Shown in pieces: positions 1 to 12,704 of a stretch of 64,000 bases of DNA. This DNA is from Camelus dromedarius (Eukaryota). The notes beneath the pieces are model-generated. The model saw only the letters and a list, made by a program, of their open reading frames with translations, ran no database searches and was not told the DNA's origin. The DNA lies in assembly GCF_036321535.1 (NCBI RefSeq), contig NC_087436.1:93684001-93748000 (forward strand), written 5' to 3'. The translations under genes and the position numbers were made by a program. The first letter of the stretch is position 1. Each line of letters opens with the position of its first letter.

Positions 1-727
1 ATATCTTAGCTAGTTTTAATGTTAAAGCAAAATGTCTGCCACCTGGTGTCAGATTAAGAATTAGCATCTTGGCTAATTCTTTCACCCAGTGAGTTCTATT
101 AATGTACCATTTAGTTGTTACAGTAAATTATACATTTCACATAAAATTAAAATAAGCACCAGTATGAAATTGCTCCTAATTTGCTACTATGAAGCTAGAA
201 TTTGTGGATTTGTATTCAACATTGTTGGGTTTTTCTAGATCTAAAAAGTAATTTGGAATTAAAGTCTAGTTTTAGTAAACTTTCTATATACTGTTAACTC
301 TGTAGCACTGAGTTTTATAGAGGAGAGAAATAATAACTGTCTTATGTGAAACAAAAATAACCTTAAACATTATTAATATTTTATGAGTTTGCATCAATCT
401 TATTACTGCTGATAGTTTTCCTAATAATTTTGGCTAAAAAGGAGGGATAAAAACTTCATTTAAACAAACAAACAAACAAAAAAACCTTTGAGTAACTTAA
501 ATTTACTGATTTGGATTAAATGAGAAAGCAGGTATTCATGAGATTCCTTAGAATTAGATTCAGTCCAAGTCATGGGTTAAGAAATAAGAAAAGAGTTTTG
601 TAAAGAATGAGGTTTACGTAGGGGAAAGTACTTACTGCATTCAAATCCATACTTACCTGAAAGCTGTTTATATGCACTGTCCAGGAGGCATTGTGGTGTG
701 CTGTACTCCCTTCTAGGCCAATCCTGA

Positions 728-898
728 GACAGTCTCTTCAATAAGTGGTGCTGGGAAAACTGGACAGCTACCTGTAGAAGACTGAAATTAGAACATTCTC
801 TAACACAATGTACAAAAATAAACTCAAAATGGATTAAAGACCTAAATGTAAGACCAGATACTATAAAACTCCTAGAGGAAAACACAGGCAGAATACTC
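728..898 (+). mobile_element. Isolated LINE-1 ORF2 fragment (post-RT region)
   Basis: 57 open codons [57 protein letters not shown] with the typical L1 ORF2 motifs FNKWCWENW and NSKWIKDLN. Confidence 0.92.
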
Positions 899-1595
899 AC
901 AGAATAAATCTTAAGTGCTCAAAGAGCATATCAGATGGCAGTGGTAGTGTTGAGTGTCTCTCATTGTAGCAGGTGATATTTGGGGTAATGGCCTTGAGTC
1001 ACCAAAAAGAAGTAAAGGTATGCTTGGGCACTTGAAGAAAGCAGAGAAATGTGCAGTGAGCACGAGGCCCCTCAGCATTTGTATGCAGTCGTTTTGGCTC
1101 CTTGGAATGTATGTTCCTTGAAGGCAGTGACTGTATCTTATTCATACCTGTTTGAGAATTTATCTCGGAGTCCAGCCCAGAGCAGGGAGTTGTTCAGTAT
1201 GTTCCCTGATTGTGTTAGATTAAAGAGAATTACTTCTCTAGACTGATCTTCATGAAGATACTGGAATTAGAAAATTACATGTGCAGGCAAACTGTAAGTT
1301 CGGCATTCCTCCTTACAATTCCATAACAGAGAGGAAATAATGAGGCAGCTTCTGTTCTTTTAGACTCTATTAACATGAGATTTTAAATTATAATAAAACT
1401 GCAAATCTTTTTTTAATAGCTGTACATCCCATTCATTTACCGATTTACCGATTTGTTGGGTCTGTTCAAGCACACATTTATTGCACCTTCTGTGTACTTG
1501 GCTCTGGGCTAGATCCTGTGGGGCAGATGGGTGAGGATTGCTTCCTGCCCTCAAACAATTATGGATACGGAAGGTGTCGCTAATACGTTAGCTAT

Positions 1596-2052
1596 TGTTA
1601 TGGGTTGAATTGTGTTCTCCAAAAAGATAAGTTGAAATCCTAACACTTTGTACCTTTGGGAGTAGGGTCATTGCAAATGTCATCAAATTAAGATGAGGTC
1701 ATTAGGGACGACTGCCACCCTTATAGGAGGAGGGAAATTTGGACACAGGCACACAGGGAGAACACCACGTGAAGATGGAGATACACAGACGCAGAAGGAA
1801 GGTGGCCGTGTGAAGATGGAAGCAAATGTTGGAGTGATGCTGCTGCAAACCAGGGAGCATCTGGGCCGGTTAGAAGCTGAATGAGCCAGAGAAGGATCCT
1901 CCCCTAGAGTCTTGGGAGCATGGCTCCCTCAACACGTTGATTTTAGATTTCCAGGCTCCGGGACTGTGAAACAAATTTCTGTTGTTATAAACCACCCAGT
2001 TTGTGGTACTTTGTTACAGCAGCCCCAAGAAAGGACTGCAACTAATAATACA
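1596..2052 (+). mobile_element. MaLR solo LTR (MLT1A/B/C-like)
   Basis: Starts tgttatgggttgaattgtgt; ends with MLT1-type ccacccagtttgtggtactttgttacagcagccc...taataca. Confidence 0.82.
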
Positions 2053-2236
2053 TTTCTGTATGAATCAGGGTTCCAGGGGGACATAGATGATCACTCCAAT
2101 GGGGTCACCAAGGAGAGTTCAAAGAAGGTGCTGTGTATAGAGGTTTGGGCAAGATTAAGAATTTCCAAGGGGTGAGGAAGCCTTCTGGTGTTGGCAATAG
2201 TAGGTTCCCATCAGCATGCCAAGCAGATCTAGATTT

Positions 2237-2368
2237 TGTTTTGTCTTGTTTGGGATTGGGGGTGGGGGATTAGGTTTATTTATTTATTTTTAATGGAGCG
2301 ACTGGGAGTTGAACCCAGGATCTTGTGCGTGCTAAGCATACACTCTACCACTGAGCTATACCCTCCCC
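2237..2368 (-). mobile_element. tRNA-derived SINE (camelid Vic-1-like)
   Basis: Reverse strand reads ggggagggtatagctcagtggtagag (A box)...gggttcaactcccag (B box) with an A-rich tail. About 19-bp TSD gcca(a/g)gcaga(t/g)ctagattt at 2218-2236 and 2369-2387. Confidence 0.88.
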
Positions 2369-2959
2369 GCCAGGCAGAGCTAGATTTGCAGCTGTGAGTG
2401 TAAGAGAGGGCTGGTCTGACTGTGCTCTTGCAGAGAGGGAGCTGGGGAATTCGCACTCAGACCTCTTTTTCTTCCTGTCCCTCCTATCGCCTGCTTCTCA
2501 CTGGCCAAGCCTGCCAAGGGTTTCTACCGTCCAGGGCAGGGTAGAAAGGGTGGAGAGTAGATCTATCAGGGGAACTGGAGAGTATCTCACACATTTATAA
2601 GGGGTACGTGTCATTCAGAGGTATCTATTATCTGTGAGAAGGTAAGAATCTAATGCCTAAGATAGTGTTATACATACCACTGGTTCTCAGTAAATACTGT
2701 GATTGCTGTTATAGGTCACCCAGAATTGTTTATTTTGGAGTACAAGATTTAAGGTGGTGGGATTCATCCAACAAATTCTTATTAAGCACCTACTGTAGTG
2801 CTGGATACGAGATAGCCCTGGGGATAAGCATTGAGCAAGTGAGACTGTCCTTACCCTCAAAGAATTTATAGTCTAGTGGCAGCAGCTGTATTAACAAGGG
2901 TTAAAACTCCCTTAGAACTCTACTTTCCTCATAATACTCAGTATAATTTGAAATTACAA

Positions 2960-3092
2960 ACTAAATGCCACTCTATCCCTGTAGATTGCAAGCTCCGTGA
3001 GGCCACTGATGGGGCCTCTCATGTTTACTGTCAGGTCCCAGTGCCTGGCTCCTGGCAAATATTCACTGAATGAATTGATGAATGAATGAATG
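2960..3092 (+). mobile_element. L2 3' end relic
   Basis: gattgcaagctcc...cagtgcctggc...aatattcactgaatgaattgatgaatgaatgaa is typical of an L2 terminus. Confidence 0.65.
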
Positions 3093-3101
3093 CCTCATAT
3101 T

Positions 3102-3614
3102 TGCCAGAGAGGAAAAACTTTTTCTCTGCCCTCTCAGATTCAATGCTTGGGGTCTGCAAATTAAACTGACATAAGCCACATTAGCAAGAGAGAAAAGATT
3201 TAATTATGTAATTAATGAGAAGTCACAAAGAAATGTGACTCAAGGAGGCTGTTAGAATTTGGGGCTTATATACAGTCTTAATAGAGGATGGGGACAGGCA
3301 GAGGACACTTGTGGGAGAAAAGCTGACTTAGGAGCGGGGAGAAAGGGCACTCTGGAAAAACAAATGATTTTTGAAAGAGAAGTGGCTCTTAGGAGAATAC
3401 GTAGGTGATGTGATAGTTTGATGACAGCCTGTTTGGGCATGGATTTCTCATCTCCCAAAAGAGATTAGAGTTGCTCTGAGGGAAGGGGTTTATGACAACT
3501 GAGTTCTTTTGGGAGATCTGCTTCTAGGCAGATCAGGGATTTCAAGAATTCAAATACCTTCAGCTCAAAATAATTTCTGTGCCACCTTGGCTTATTCTAG
3601 ACTCTGTAATTTCA
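3102..3614 (-). mobile_element. ERV1 solo LTR, MER34/MER39-like
   Basis: Characteristic segments cttcagctcaaaataatt...tgcca and ctgcaaattaaactgaca; family assigned from memory. Confidence 0.6.
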
Positions 3615-3756
3615 CTATATAAGTTTCTGAAAATTAGTAGGTGGCTTAAAATATATAAAATTGGACAAAATAAATGTATTAAGGAATATTTGAAAGGATT
3701 GTTTGAATGAATCCTTTACAAAACAAGCATGCTAAAACAAAGGAGTCTACACTTTA

Positions 3757-3805
3757 TCCTTTTTTCTGCATTAATTTTTTTTATTGATTTATAATCATTT
3801 TACAA
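3757..3805 (-). mobile_element. Very short L1 3' tip
   Basis: ttttttattgatttataatcattttacaat is identical to the start of the L1 tail at 48435-48465; flanked by tacacttta at 3748-3756 and 3806-3814. Confidence 0.65.
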
Positions 3806-4079
3806 TACACTTTACCTATTTTATAACTCTAGATTTCATTTTTGGAAGTTTTATTTTTTTTGTTGAGCGGACTTTTGTTCATTTTAAAGATTGAAACCAA
3901 GTATTGTCTTTTTGTTTTCTTCGGTCACTGTTCTGGTTCAGACTGTTTGGACTGATTGGTCCATAAGAATATATACACTGAAGTTAAATTAAAGCTTGAA
4001 TATGAGTATGAAAAGATTTGTTATACAGTATAGCCTTTTCACAGCTAAGGCAGTGATTTAAATCTAAACCAAGAATTGG

Positions 4080-4206
4080 AGGTGGCATGGTAGAGCTCCC
4101 GCCTAGCATGCACCAGGTCCTGTGTTCAATCCCCAGTACCTCCTTTAAATAAACAAATAAACCAGTTACACCCACCCACATGCAGACACACACCCTCGCA
4201 TGTGCG

Positions 4207-4250
<44 letters not shown>
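4080..4250 (+). mobile_element. tRNA-derived SINE (Vic-1-like) whose tail carries a (GC)n(AC)n microsatellite
   Basis: ggtagagc...cctagcatgcaccaggtcctgtgttcaatccccagtacctcc...aaataaacaaataaacc; flanks aagaattg at 4071 and 4251. Confidence 0.8.
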
Positions 4251-4252
<2 letters not shown>

Positions 4253-4264
4253 GAATTGAGGGAA

Positions 4265-4873
4265 TGTTACCTGAAAATCTGCTTTTGCCTCTTGGTGGGT
4301 GTTGAGCCAAAAGACACAACCAAGCCAAAGAACTGGAGAAGGAAGGATTTATCTGTGGCAAGTAAGAATACCAGGGATCTTTCTCAAAGCAGTGTCTCTC
4401 CAGACAGCAAAATTGGGGAAGTTTTAAACTAAAGGAATAGTGCATATTCATGAGGGGCCTTGAGCAGAGGAGAACTCAGCATAGAATTGGGGCAAAGGTT
4501 GACAGAGCCCAGACTTTAGTGGACTGAAGTCATGAGGGTCAGAAAAGGTCAACACCGTCATTCCATCCTCCACCCAAGCGGGGGCTTTAGTTCCTGCAGA
4601 GCTCAAAGGTATGTATCAGATTGTTATGTATTTGCCATGAGGAGAAACTAGGACTCTGTTTTATGGTGAGCTATTGTTTCTTGACTGCTTTTCCTTTGTT
4701 CCTGCATCGCCTCACTTTCCTTAAGAGCATTAATTACTGAGACCTGTTCAAGGGCAAGCATTGTGGTCAGGCTTAGATCACAAAATGGCTTAGGCCAAAA
4801 ATGGCTTTTCTTATGTCAAGAAAGCCATCCCTGGTTCTCTTTCTCCGGGGACCCCCTACCCTATCCGCTTATA
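4265..4873 (-). mobile_element. ERV-type solo LTR
   Basis: Begins tgttacc, about 610 bp, with ERV1-like segments (ataaatccttccttctcc on the minus strand). No clear TSD. Confidence 0.62.
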
Positions 4874-7220
4874 CCTTTACTAATTTTAATGCAAAATATC
4901 TGCCACCTGGTGTCAGATTAAGAACCAGAAGCTATCAAAGGGAAGTTATGTGATAGACTTTCTTTCCCAGCTATTAACAAATTTCTGGCATTAAAATTAG
5001 GAATTTTAACCCCTTTAGGCCTCCAAAGTACCACTGCTAAACAGAAACCAGCACTCTTTGATGACCATATAAGGGAAACGTTTCTAGGAAAAATGTTATA
5101 GAATCCTTGAGCAGCTATGCTATCTAATAGCCTCAGGATGAGGAAATTTAAAGAGAATGAAAAGTGGCTGACTTAACCATTTTTCCACAGAGAGTGTCTG
5201 CTATTTCTGCATAAAGATGTATAATGTTATCCCTAGAGATTCTCACCCCAATTATTGCATCCTTTATTTGAATGAGTAGGTAGAGGACCTAGTTCTTATA
5301 GTTGTCAGTGGTATAATATGCTCTCTTAGCATAAGAGTAATTGAAGAAATTACTTGTAAAAAAAATTAATGAAGGAAACCAAAGATAAGAGAAGGCAGGT
5401 TCAAAAAGCCACTGGTCTGTTTCTCAATATGTAGTTTGAATTTTAGAATTAGAATGTTTCCTTCCTCCTAGAATTTAAGTCTCCTAAAGAAGAATTGTGC
5501 TAATAGCTCCCCTTTGTTAGGTCTTGCTGGAGTTTCTCTGTCAATAGAAATATACTGAGCAATAAGAAGACGTTTCATAGCCTCGATGTAGAAATTACTC
5601 TCACAAAAACTGGCTTGAGGGTTTACCCCTGTGAGGAACTAGTCAGTTACAGAACCATAGAGAATTCTTAGAAAACAGAGGGGCAAATGTATATTTACTA
5701 TCTATGAGAGAGGAAGCCCTCCTGTGTTTGGCAGGGACAATCTTTTATTTGTACTGGACTTAAGGAAAAATGTTCCTTAAAATCAGGAAAGTTCCAGGAA
5801 AACCAGGGCAGTTGGTTACCCTCGCTAGACTGCCCTGCTCATTGCAGGCTGGTTAGCATCCCTGGCTCCCAGCCACCAGTGGTGAGAACCCCACCCATTG
5901 TGAGAACCCCAAACATCCCCAGACATTTCTGAATGCCACCTAGGGGTAGGAACCACTCTAGTCCATAGTATTGGGGCACTCTGGTCCTCTTGTTGAGGCC
6001 ATTACTGAAGTAAGGTGGATGCGGGAGTTTACCTTCAGTCTTCAAACAAACAAAAATCCAAATGCAATTAGTTTAAATGCCTCTGGCACAAAGAAGGAGG
6101 AGGTGGGGAGAGATGGCAATGTTAATCAAAAATCCAATACATGTTAAAAAATAAGAAAATCGATCCTGTTTATAAACTTACAGTCAATGTTTCATCATTT
6201 ATGGTTCTTATTCACAAATAATTACTGGGTCTCACAGAATTTTCAAATTAATATATATAGTCATGCAAGATATCCAACATTTAGGTAATTTGAAAGCATA
6301 GAAGAGATAATGGACCTCCATTTCTCTCTCCCCCTCCACCCCCATCCTGTCTCCTTGGAATCAAAGAATCAGTTCCTAATGAGAGTACCTCCTTCAGAAC
6401 GGATGAGACAGATAGGTGGCCTCTGACTTAGGAAGGCTAAGGATAATATCGTATGTGTAAGGGCAGGATATATTTTGAAAAATTCCTCACTAATTATAGG
6501 GCTGGTATGTCGAACTTCTGTTCATGTTATTATATGTAAAAAATACAGATGCTACAGCATGATTATTGACTTAGAAAGCCCAGCCTGGTTCTATTATGTA
6601 AAGGAATTTAAAGAGATTTTGTTGGGTAACCTTGGTTGAAATACATTTTCTTACATTTCAGAATTGGTCAGTATATTCTTTATTTAACCTGACTGATCCT
6701 TGTCCTCTCCTTTTAAACATAAGCTTGTTCACAGAGATACAGCCAGAAGTCATGTTGTCATGACAACAGTTACACGCTGGGAAGAAAGACTCTTTTCAAA
6801 TGGCCAGTGACTGCTTTTTTAATCACTGATTTATATTGATAGCAAAATTAAATAGGGATGGAGAATTTGTAATTATATGTTATTTTGGCTCAGTATTTTC
6901 ATTTCTGTCACTGATGTGTCGTTTTTAACCACACATTATAATACATGAACTTTACACTAATACACGCAGTACCATCTCATCTGTTTTCTCTCTTGTCAAT
7001 AACGTAATTCTCAAAACATATGGAGTCTCCTGCTCAAAACTTTCGGTAGCATTTTGTTGCCTGTGGAATAAATTCTATGGTTGTGTAGGGGGCCCCATGG
7101 AAGGTAGCAATGTTCTGTCTCAACAGCATCCGTCAGGGACCTCACACAGCTGTGGTCCTTGACTCTGGTCTTCAGGAGCCGAGGGAGAGGGGGGTCTCAC
7201 ACAGGGAACTATAGTACTGA

Positions 7221-7669
7221 TGTCAATTGAAAGAAAGTATACAGTGTAAGAGCTGTGAGCTGAATTTTATTCAGGGTCTTACTGAATAATAGCCCAAGAG
7301 ACAGCCTCTCAGATAGCTCTAAGGAGATGAGGGCAGCCAGTGTGTATATGTACGGTTTTGGCCAGGGGACATGTACAGCCCAGCATCCATCTCAGTAAAA
7401 GGTCACTGCTAGTCATAAGGATCAGGTTTCTCAGTAAGTGATTTTAGTGCTTTTCTATGTATGGGGAGATGAAAGAATCTAGGTTCATTAATTTTTTTTT
7501 CCCTGAGATATCTCTAACCATCTAAAGGGCCTATTTTTCCAAAACAGTGCCATATCCTGTTTTCCATCCTGAAATCCTTTCAGGGTGTACTGTTTCGGTC
7601 AGTGGCTGCAGTGGCTAATGACTTGATCCTTGTAGAAGTCGATGGTGGGCAACATTCTTTGTTTGTATA
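7221..7669 (-). mobile_element. ERV1-class solo LTR (artiodactyl-type)
   Basis: tg...ta termini with a 4-bp TSD ctga (7217-7220, 7670-7673); minus-strand aataaa near the 3' end; gacagcctctcagatagctct motif. Confidence 0.75.
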
Positions 7670-8989
7670 CTGAGTAGAAAATTGCCCTAAATAATGTGGG
7701 TATTGATGAAATGTGGAGACATTGCTGAGTATTTGGCACTTTTTCATCGTGTTCTCAAGTAATCTCAAGAAAATAAGTTATCTAACTCTGTTCTTCTCCA
7801 AACCTCTCAGTCTGCTGCTCCAGAAGCACTGACTTCTGGTTAATTTGATGGGTAATCGTTGACCCTCTGTTATGTGCTAAACATCGCACTCAGTGCTAGG
7901 GACACAAGGGTGAAAATGCAAGACTTGTGCCATAAAGGAGCCTAGAGGCCGTTAGTAGGTGGCTGGATGCAGGAAGAATAGTCCACAAGGACCACGTGTG
8001 TCAGAGAGAGAACAAGCAAGGGGCGGGAAATTACTGAATACTGTGGGGCCAACTGGCATCCTTCAAAGTCCAAGGACCTCCATTCCTGGGCTCTCAGATG
8101 TCTGCCTTCGATCCCTCCACAGATAAAGTACATTCTTTACTGGGCATGTTTCCCCTAACAAACTAATAGCCCTCAGTAATGCCTAATCTCACCGTAGCTC
8201 AGGCTGTTTTGTTTCAGCCATGCCTCCGCCTTATCAGAGTCATGAATCCCACTGCCCTTCACGGATCCTAAACTTCTTACCTCACCTACAGCCAATCAAA
8301 AACTTGTGCACGAGCTGATCACACAGCCCCCAACACATTGCGTTCACCAACTCCTCCCCCCAGTAATAGACCCTGCACTTTCATCCTGGGCTCACACAGG
8401 CACCGCCTGTCTGTGTGGCCCGCCGTTGACTGGGCAGTGCAACCCAACAGGCTTTCTTTCTATTCTCATCCTTTGCCTTTGGTAAATTCTTCTACCACCC
8501 ACAGACCAGCCTGCCATGTTCCCCGTCAAATACGTAATCTCTAAATTGTTACTGCCAAGGTCATTTTGATTTTAAAAGCGCCACCCAAGAGTGGATGCTT
8601 AAATCATATATTTGTGTAACTGTGTTGATAAATCATATCAGGGTTTTCCAGCTATATCTCATTATTTTAAATCATGGCTTCAGAATGAGTTGTAGTAGAA
8701 TTTTTCTTTTCCTTTAGTCTAGTTTCAAGGGCTGGGCTTGCATTTCTGAAGAGCAGCATTATTCCTAAAGAAGTTTTACAGTGAGAGCAAGGCAAGGTTG
8801 TGAGCAGTGCAAAACTGTTGGCAAGTCCTGACTTAGAATTTTAAAATTTAATCCTGAACCACTTCTAATATCCTTCCAGTCATGGGGCCACAGTATGTTT
8901 TTTTCAGGATCTTCCAATTTGAGTCTCCAAAGGAATTTTTATCGAAAGGATCCCTTGTTGTACCCCTGGCCTCCTGGAAGCCTCCAGAT

Positions 8990-9522
8990 CAGTGCCATCC
9001 ATTAGAAATAAAATGTGACTGCTGTGTATAAAATAGATAAACAACAAGGACCTACTGTATAGCACAGGGAACTATACTCAATTTCTTGTAATAACATATA
9101 TTGGAAAAGAATCTGAAAGATTATATATGTTTTTATAACTGAATCCCTTTTCTGTTCACCTGAAACTAACATTGTAAATCAACTACACTTCATTAAAAAA
9201 TGAAATTTAAATTAAAAAAATACAATGTGAGCCACATATGTAATATTGACTATTCTAATAGCCACATTAAAATAAGTTTTTAGAAGGTGAAATTAATTTT
9301 AATCATGTATCTTATTTTTAACCCAATATATCTAAAATACTATCATTTTGACATATAATCCATATACAAATTATTAATAAAATATTTGTATTCTTTTTAC
9401 CGTAGTGAATTTTAAAAATTCAGTGTGTGTGTCACACTGGCACCACATCTCCACTCAGACTAACCACGCTTCATGTGCTCAGTAGCCCCAGGTGGCTAAT
9501 AGCTACCACATTGGACATCACA
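8990..9522. mobile_element. hAT-Charlie MER33/MER3-like element interrupted by an L1
   Basis: cagtgccatccattagaaat...gccacatatgtaat...tagccacattaaaa...gctaccacattggacatcacag. Confidence 0.75.
9019..9217 (+). mobile_element. 5'-truncated L1 3'UTR (artiodactyl-type)
   Basis: aacaacaaggacctactgtatagcacagggaactatactcaa...ttgtaaatcaactacacttca plus A tail; TSD aaata(a/c)aatgtga at 9006-9018 and 9218-9230. Confidence 0.88.
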
Positions 9523-9872
9523 GTTCTGGAACTTTGGGCTTCTTAGAGCCCTGGGCTGCCTCAGTAACTACCTAAACAGTGGCTGTTATCTTTGGTGGTT
9601 TTTCAAAGTTAGTGTTTTTATTATTAAGGAAAATATGTAACTGTAAAAAAAAAAAGTGAGTTTGATTTGGACCTCAGTTGCGGAAGTTAAGTTAATCATA
9701 GATCACAATTCATGATGCGTTTGCATCACTGGTCCATATAAAACATCTTGTTTTATGTTATCCTGTCTTATTCCGTTACCCCACTCCCGGTCTCTCCACC
9801 CATGGGCAGCCATCCTAATGTGTAGAATATGTAACTTTTTGTTCAAAAGTATACTTGCAGTGTACATTGTTG

Positions 9873-9876
<4 letters not shown>

Positions 9877-9904
<28 letters not shown>
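9877..9904. repeat. (TG)n microsatellite
   Basis: Directly visible. Confidence 0.95.
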
Positions 9905-9908
<4 letters not shown>

Positions 9909-12704
9909 TCTTAATTTATTTAAAGAGTATTTTTTTCCCCATGTGATGTGTTTTAAAGATCTATCCATGAAGCTGGGCAGATTTTTAACGCACTGTTTCT
10001 ATCTGCTGCATGGCACACTGTGGTGTTTTACTTTTCCCCTTGTGGAACGGAGGACTCCCAAGGTGTCCTGAGCACTGCAGATAACCTCGCAGGGAACACT
10101 CTGGCTCGTATCCGCCAGTGGAGCTGTATTCGGAGGTGTGTGAGCACTACACTTAGTATTGCTGGGTCCTAGGCTGTACATTATTTACTTGTTTTGGAGA
10201 AAAAATGGTATCTTTATCTCGTTTCTATTGATGAATACACTTTTATATAATTTTGTTCAGTGAAAAATAACAGCGTTGTAGTTGTTGGTTGAATTAGCTC
10301 CTTTTAACCGGTAGATAGAATCAAATTATAGTTTGTTTTGTTTTGTTTTTTAGGAGTCGCTAACCAATTCAATTCTTGTAGATATCTTTCTCAGACAGAC
10401 CCAATGGCCATGGAAGAGGTCAGCTTTCCCAGAGTGACCAGTTGGAATCTGGGCCAAGTGCTAGTGTAGCCTTTATTCACAGAAGGAAAATGTGCAATTC
10501 TTGCTCCATCAGCAGATAGAATATATTTTTTAAATGAGGTAGTCATTAGAGCAGAAAGTGGAAGAAAAAAAGTTATTACCCTTAAAGATAAAGGTTCATG
10601 GAAAGTGTATGCTGAAAATGCGCACTTGCTTTTTATAAGTAATTTATATTGTTTGTTTCTCCAAGAGAATTAAAAACAAAAGCAGAAACACACAATGTTT
10701 TCTTTCAGTCAACTCCTTTCTGTTCCTGGCTCCATGGTTAGGTACTTTCCACTGTAATATTTTCTAAGGGTAAGGGTTTGGGGAGTGGGGTGGGGGCGGT
10801 AAGTTCTCTCAGTTCATTCATCAAAGCACGTCTGTGACACAGGAAGACACACAAGTTTGTTTCTATAAGGAAGGAAGCACAAACAACTGTCTAGGGTGAA
10901 GTTCTCCACATAGTCATACACTTGTCCCTACTGGTTTCTGCCTATTTGCGTGCAACAGGGAAGACTTTGACATGGCATCTGATTCATTCACTTCAAAAGA
11001 GTGTTACTTCTGAGATCTAAGGATCATTTTTTTGTGATGAGCAGAGTCTTCTCTCAAAAGGGCTTTAGGTTATAGTAATTTCTTCCAGAAAGCAATTGGA
11101 AGAGTTGAGGAGGAAGATACTTAGAGCATACCAGAATTCAAGAACAGAGAGACCATCATTTGCAAATGGACAGTAATTACAGTAGATCTGGAAAGAAGGA
11201 AATGGAGCTAACCCAGAACAAATACTTTGTATGAATCAGACTTTTCACAAGGGAGAGGCTTGGATTTTGAGATGGAGGGGGGGAACTATTTCTGTAGCAT
11301 AATAAGTGTGGACTCCTTCCCAGACACCCTGCAGATAAGAAATCTCTAATGCCTCAAGAACATTTTTCTAGTAGGAAAAAGGTTTTAACATACTGCCTGG
11401 GATTCGAGGCTTGATGGGTTAACCAGTACATTTGTGGGTGAATAAAAACTAGCAAAGTGTGATTCTACTTTCTTTTTGCATGTTATAGCAAAGTAGAACT
11501 CACCTGGGACCCAGGAGGCAGGCAGTTTAGTGGTACATGCCACACGCCCATTTTCCCTTCCCTCCCTCCCTCCTTCCTCTTTCCTCTTTTGCTGTCCTGT
11601 AGCTCTCATTTATAGAGGTATCACCTAGGCATCCTCTACAGTTTCAGAGAATGAGATGTGAAAACAGGGAGTCACTCCCAGCTACATCCACTTACCTTCA
11701 GAAAACTTACATTGCACATCTGTGTGTGACATGTTTGTGGTATGTTGGTTGATTAAAATAAAAAGAAGAACAAACCTGAGTCTTGGCTTTAAGGAACTAC
11801 AGTCTGTTTGATTTGTGATGAATAACATCTCTATGACACTGTTTCTGAACTTTTTGTTACTGAGAACCCACAGCTTAAACACCAAACAGTTCCATATCCT
11901 AATCTTTAAAGAAAGGAAGTCCTTCTAAACTTTGAACACTAATTTATTGTTTGAGATTTTTGAGAATAATTCTTCTGTTTACTTGTCCTTTCCTGGAATT
12001 TTGGCTCAATTACCTAATAGTGTCTTATGCTAGATTCTATTTTGAGAAGCATAAAAAAATGACACTTTCTACACGTGCATCCCTGGCAGATGGGATCCAC
12101 AAATACCCCTGCCTCTTTTCTGCCAGTAGGTGCAGCATCTTTGAAAACCTCAGAGCTCTGCATTTCACTCTTTCATTGCTGGAGAAGAAAGACCAAGCTT
12201 TTGCGCAGGTGTGCATCAGCTAATTGGTTTTGCCATTTTGTTTTCCCTGGAAGAATCTGTGCTTTTCTCTCCTGACCTAGGAGTCGGGGAGGAGGATGGT
12301 ATAGATCAAAAAATCAAAAGCTTTGAATCAAATGAATGGCTGGATGTCATGGTTGGTTGAATCCCGACAGATTCCTTTTTTTGAAGTTTGTGAAAAATTA
12401 GGCCCAACACAATATCTGCATTTGGTATTTTGTATTTTTTTACAGTAATTGGAGATGAGATTAAGGTGCTTGACTTGGTGGGTGGTGAAAATGAATGAAT
12501 GATAACCAATGAAGTCATATTCCAACAATATGCTGTTTTGGAAAGTGTTGGAGGAGTTGGGAGTCAGAAGCCTGGGCTTCTCGACTCAGCTTTATAATTC
12601 AGATCCCTGTAGTTTGGTATTGAATATAGGGTTGCAAAGCTAATCTATTAAAAGCTGTTTCTTTCCCAGTTACTGGGTCTGGAATTCAGTTTCCTGCCAT
12701 TAGA

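Noticed and set aside
577..900. 107-aa minus-strand ORF
   Set aside because: Mostly the antisense of the L1 ORF2 fragment.
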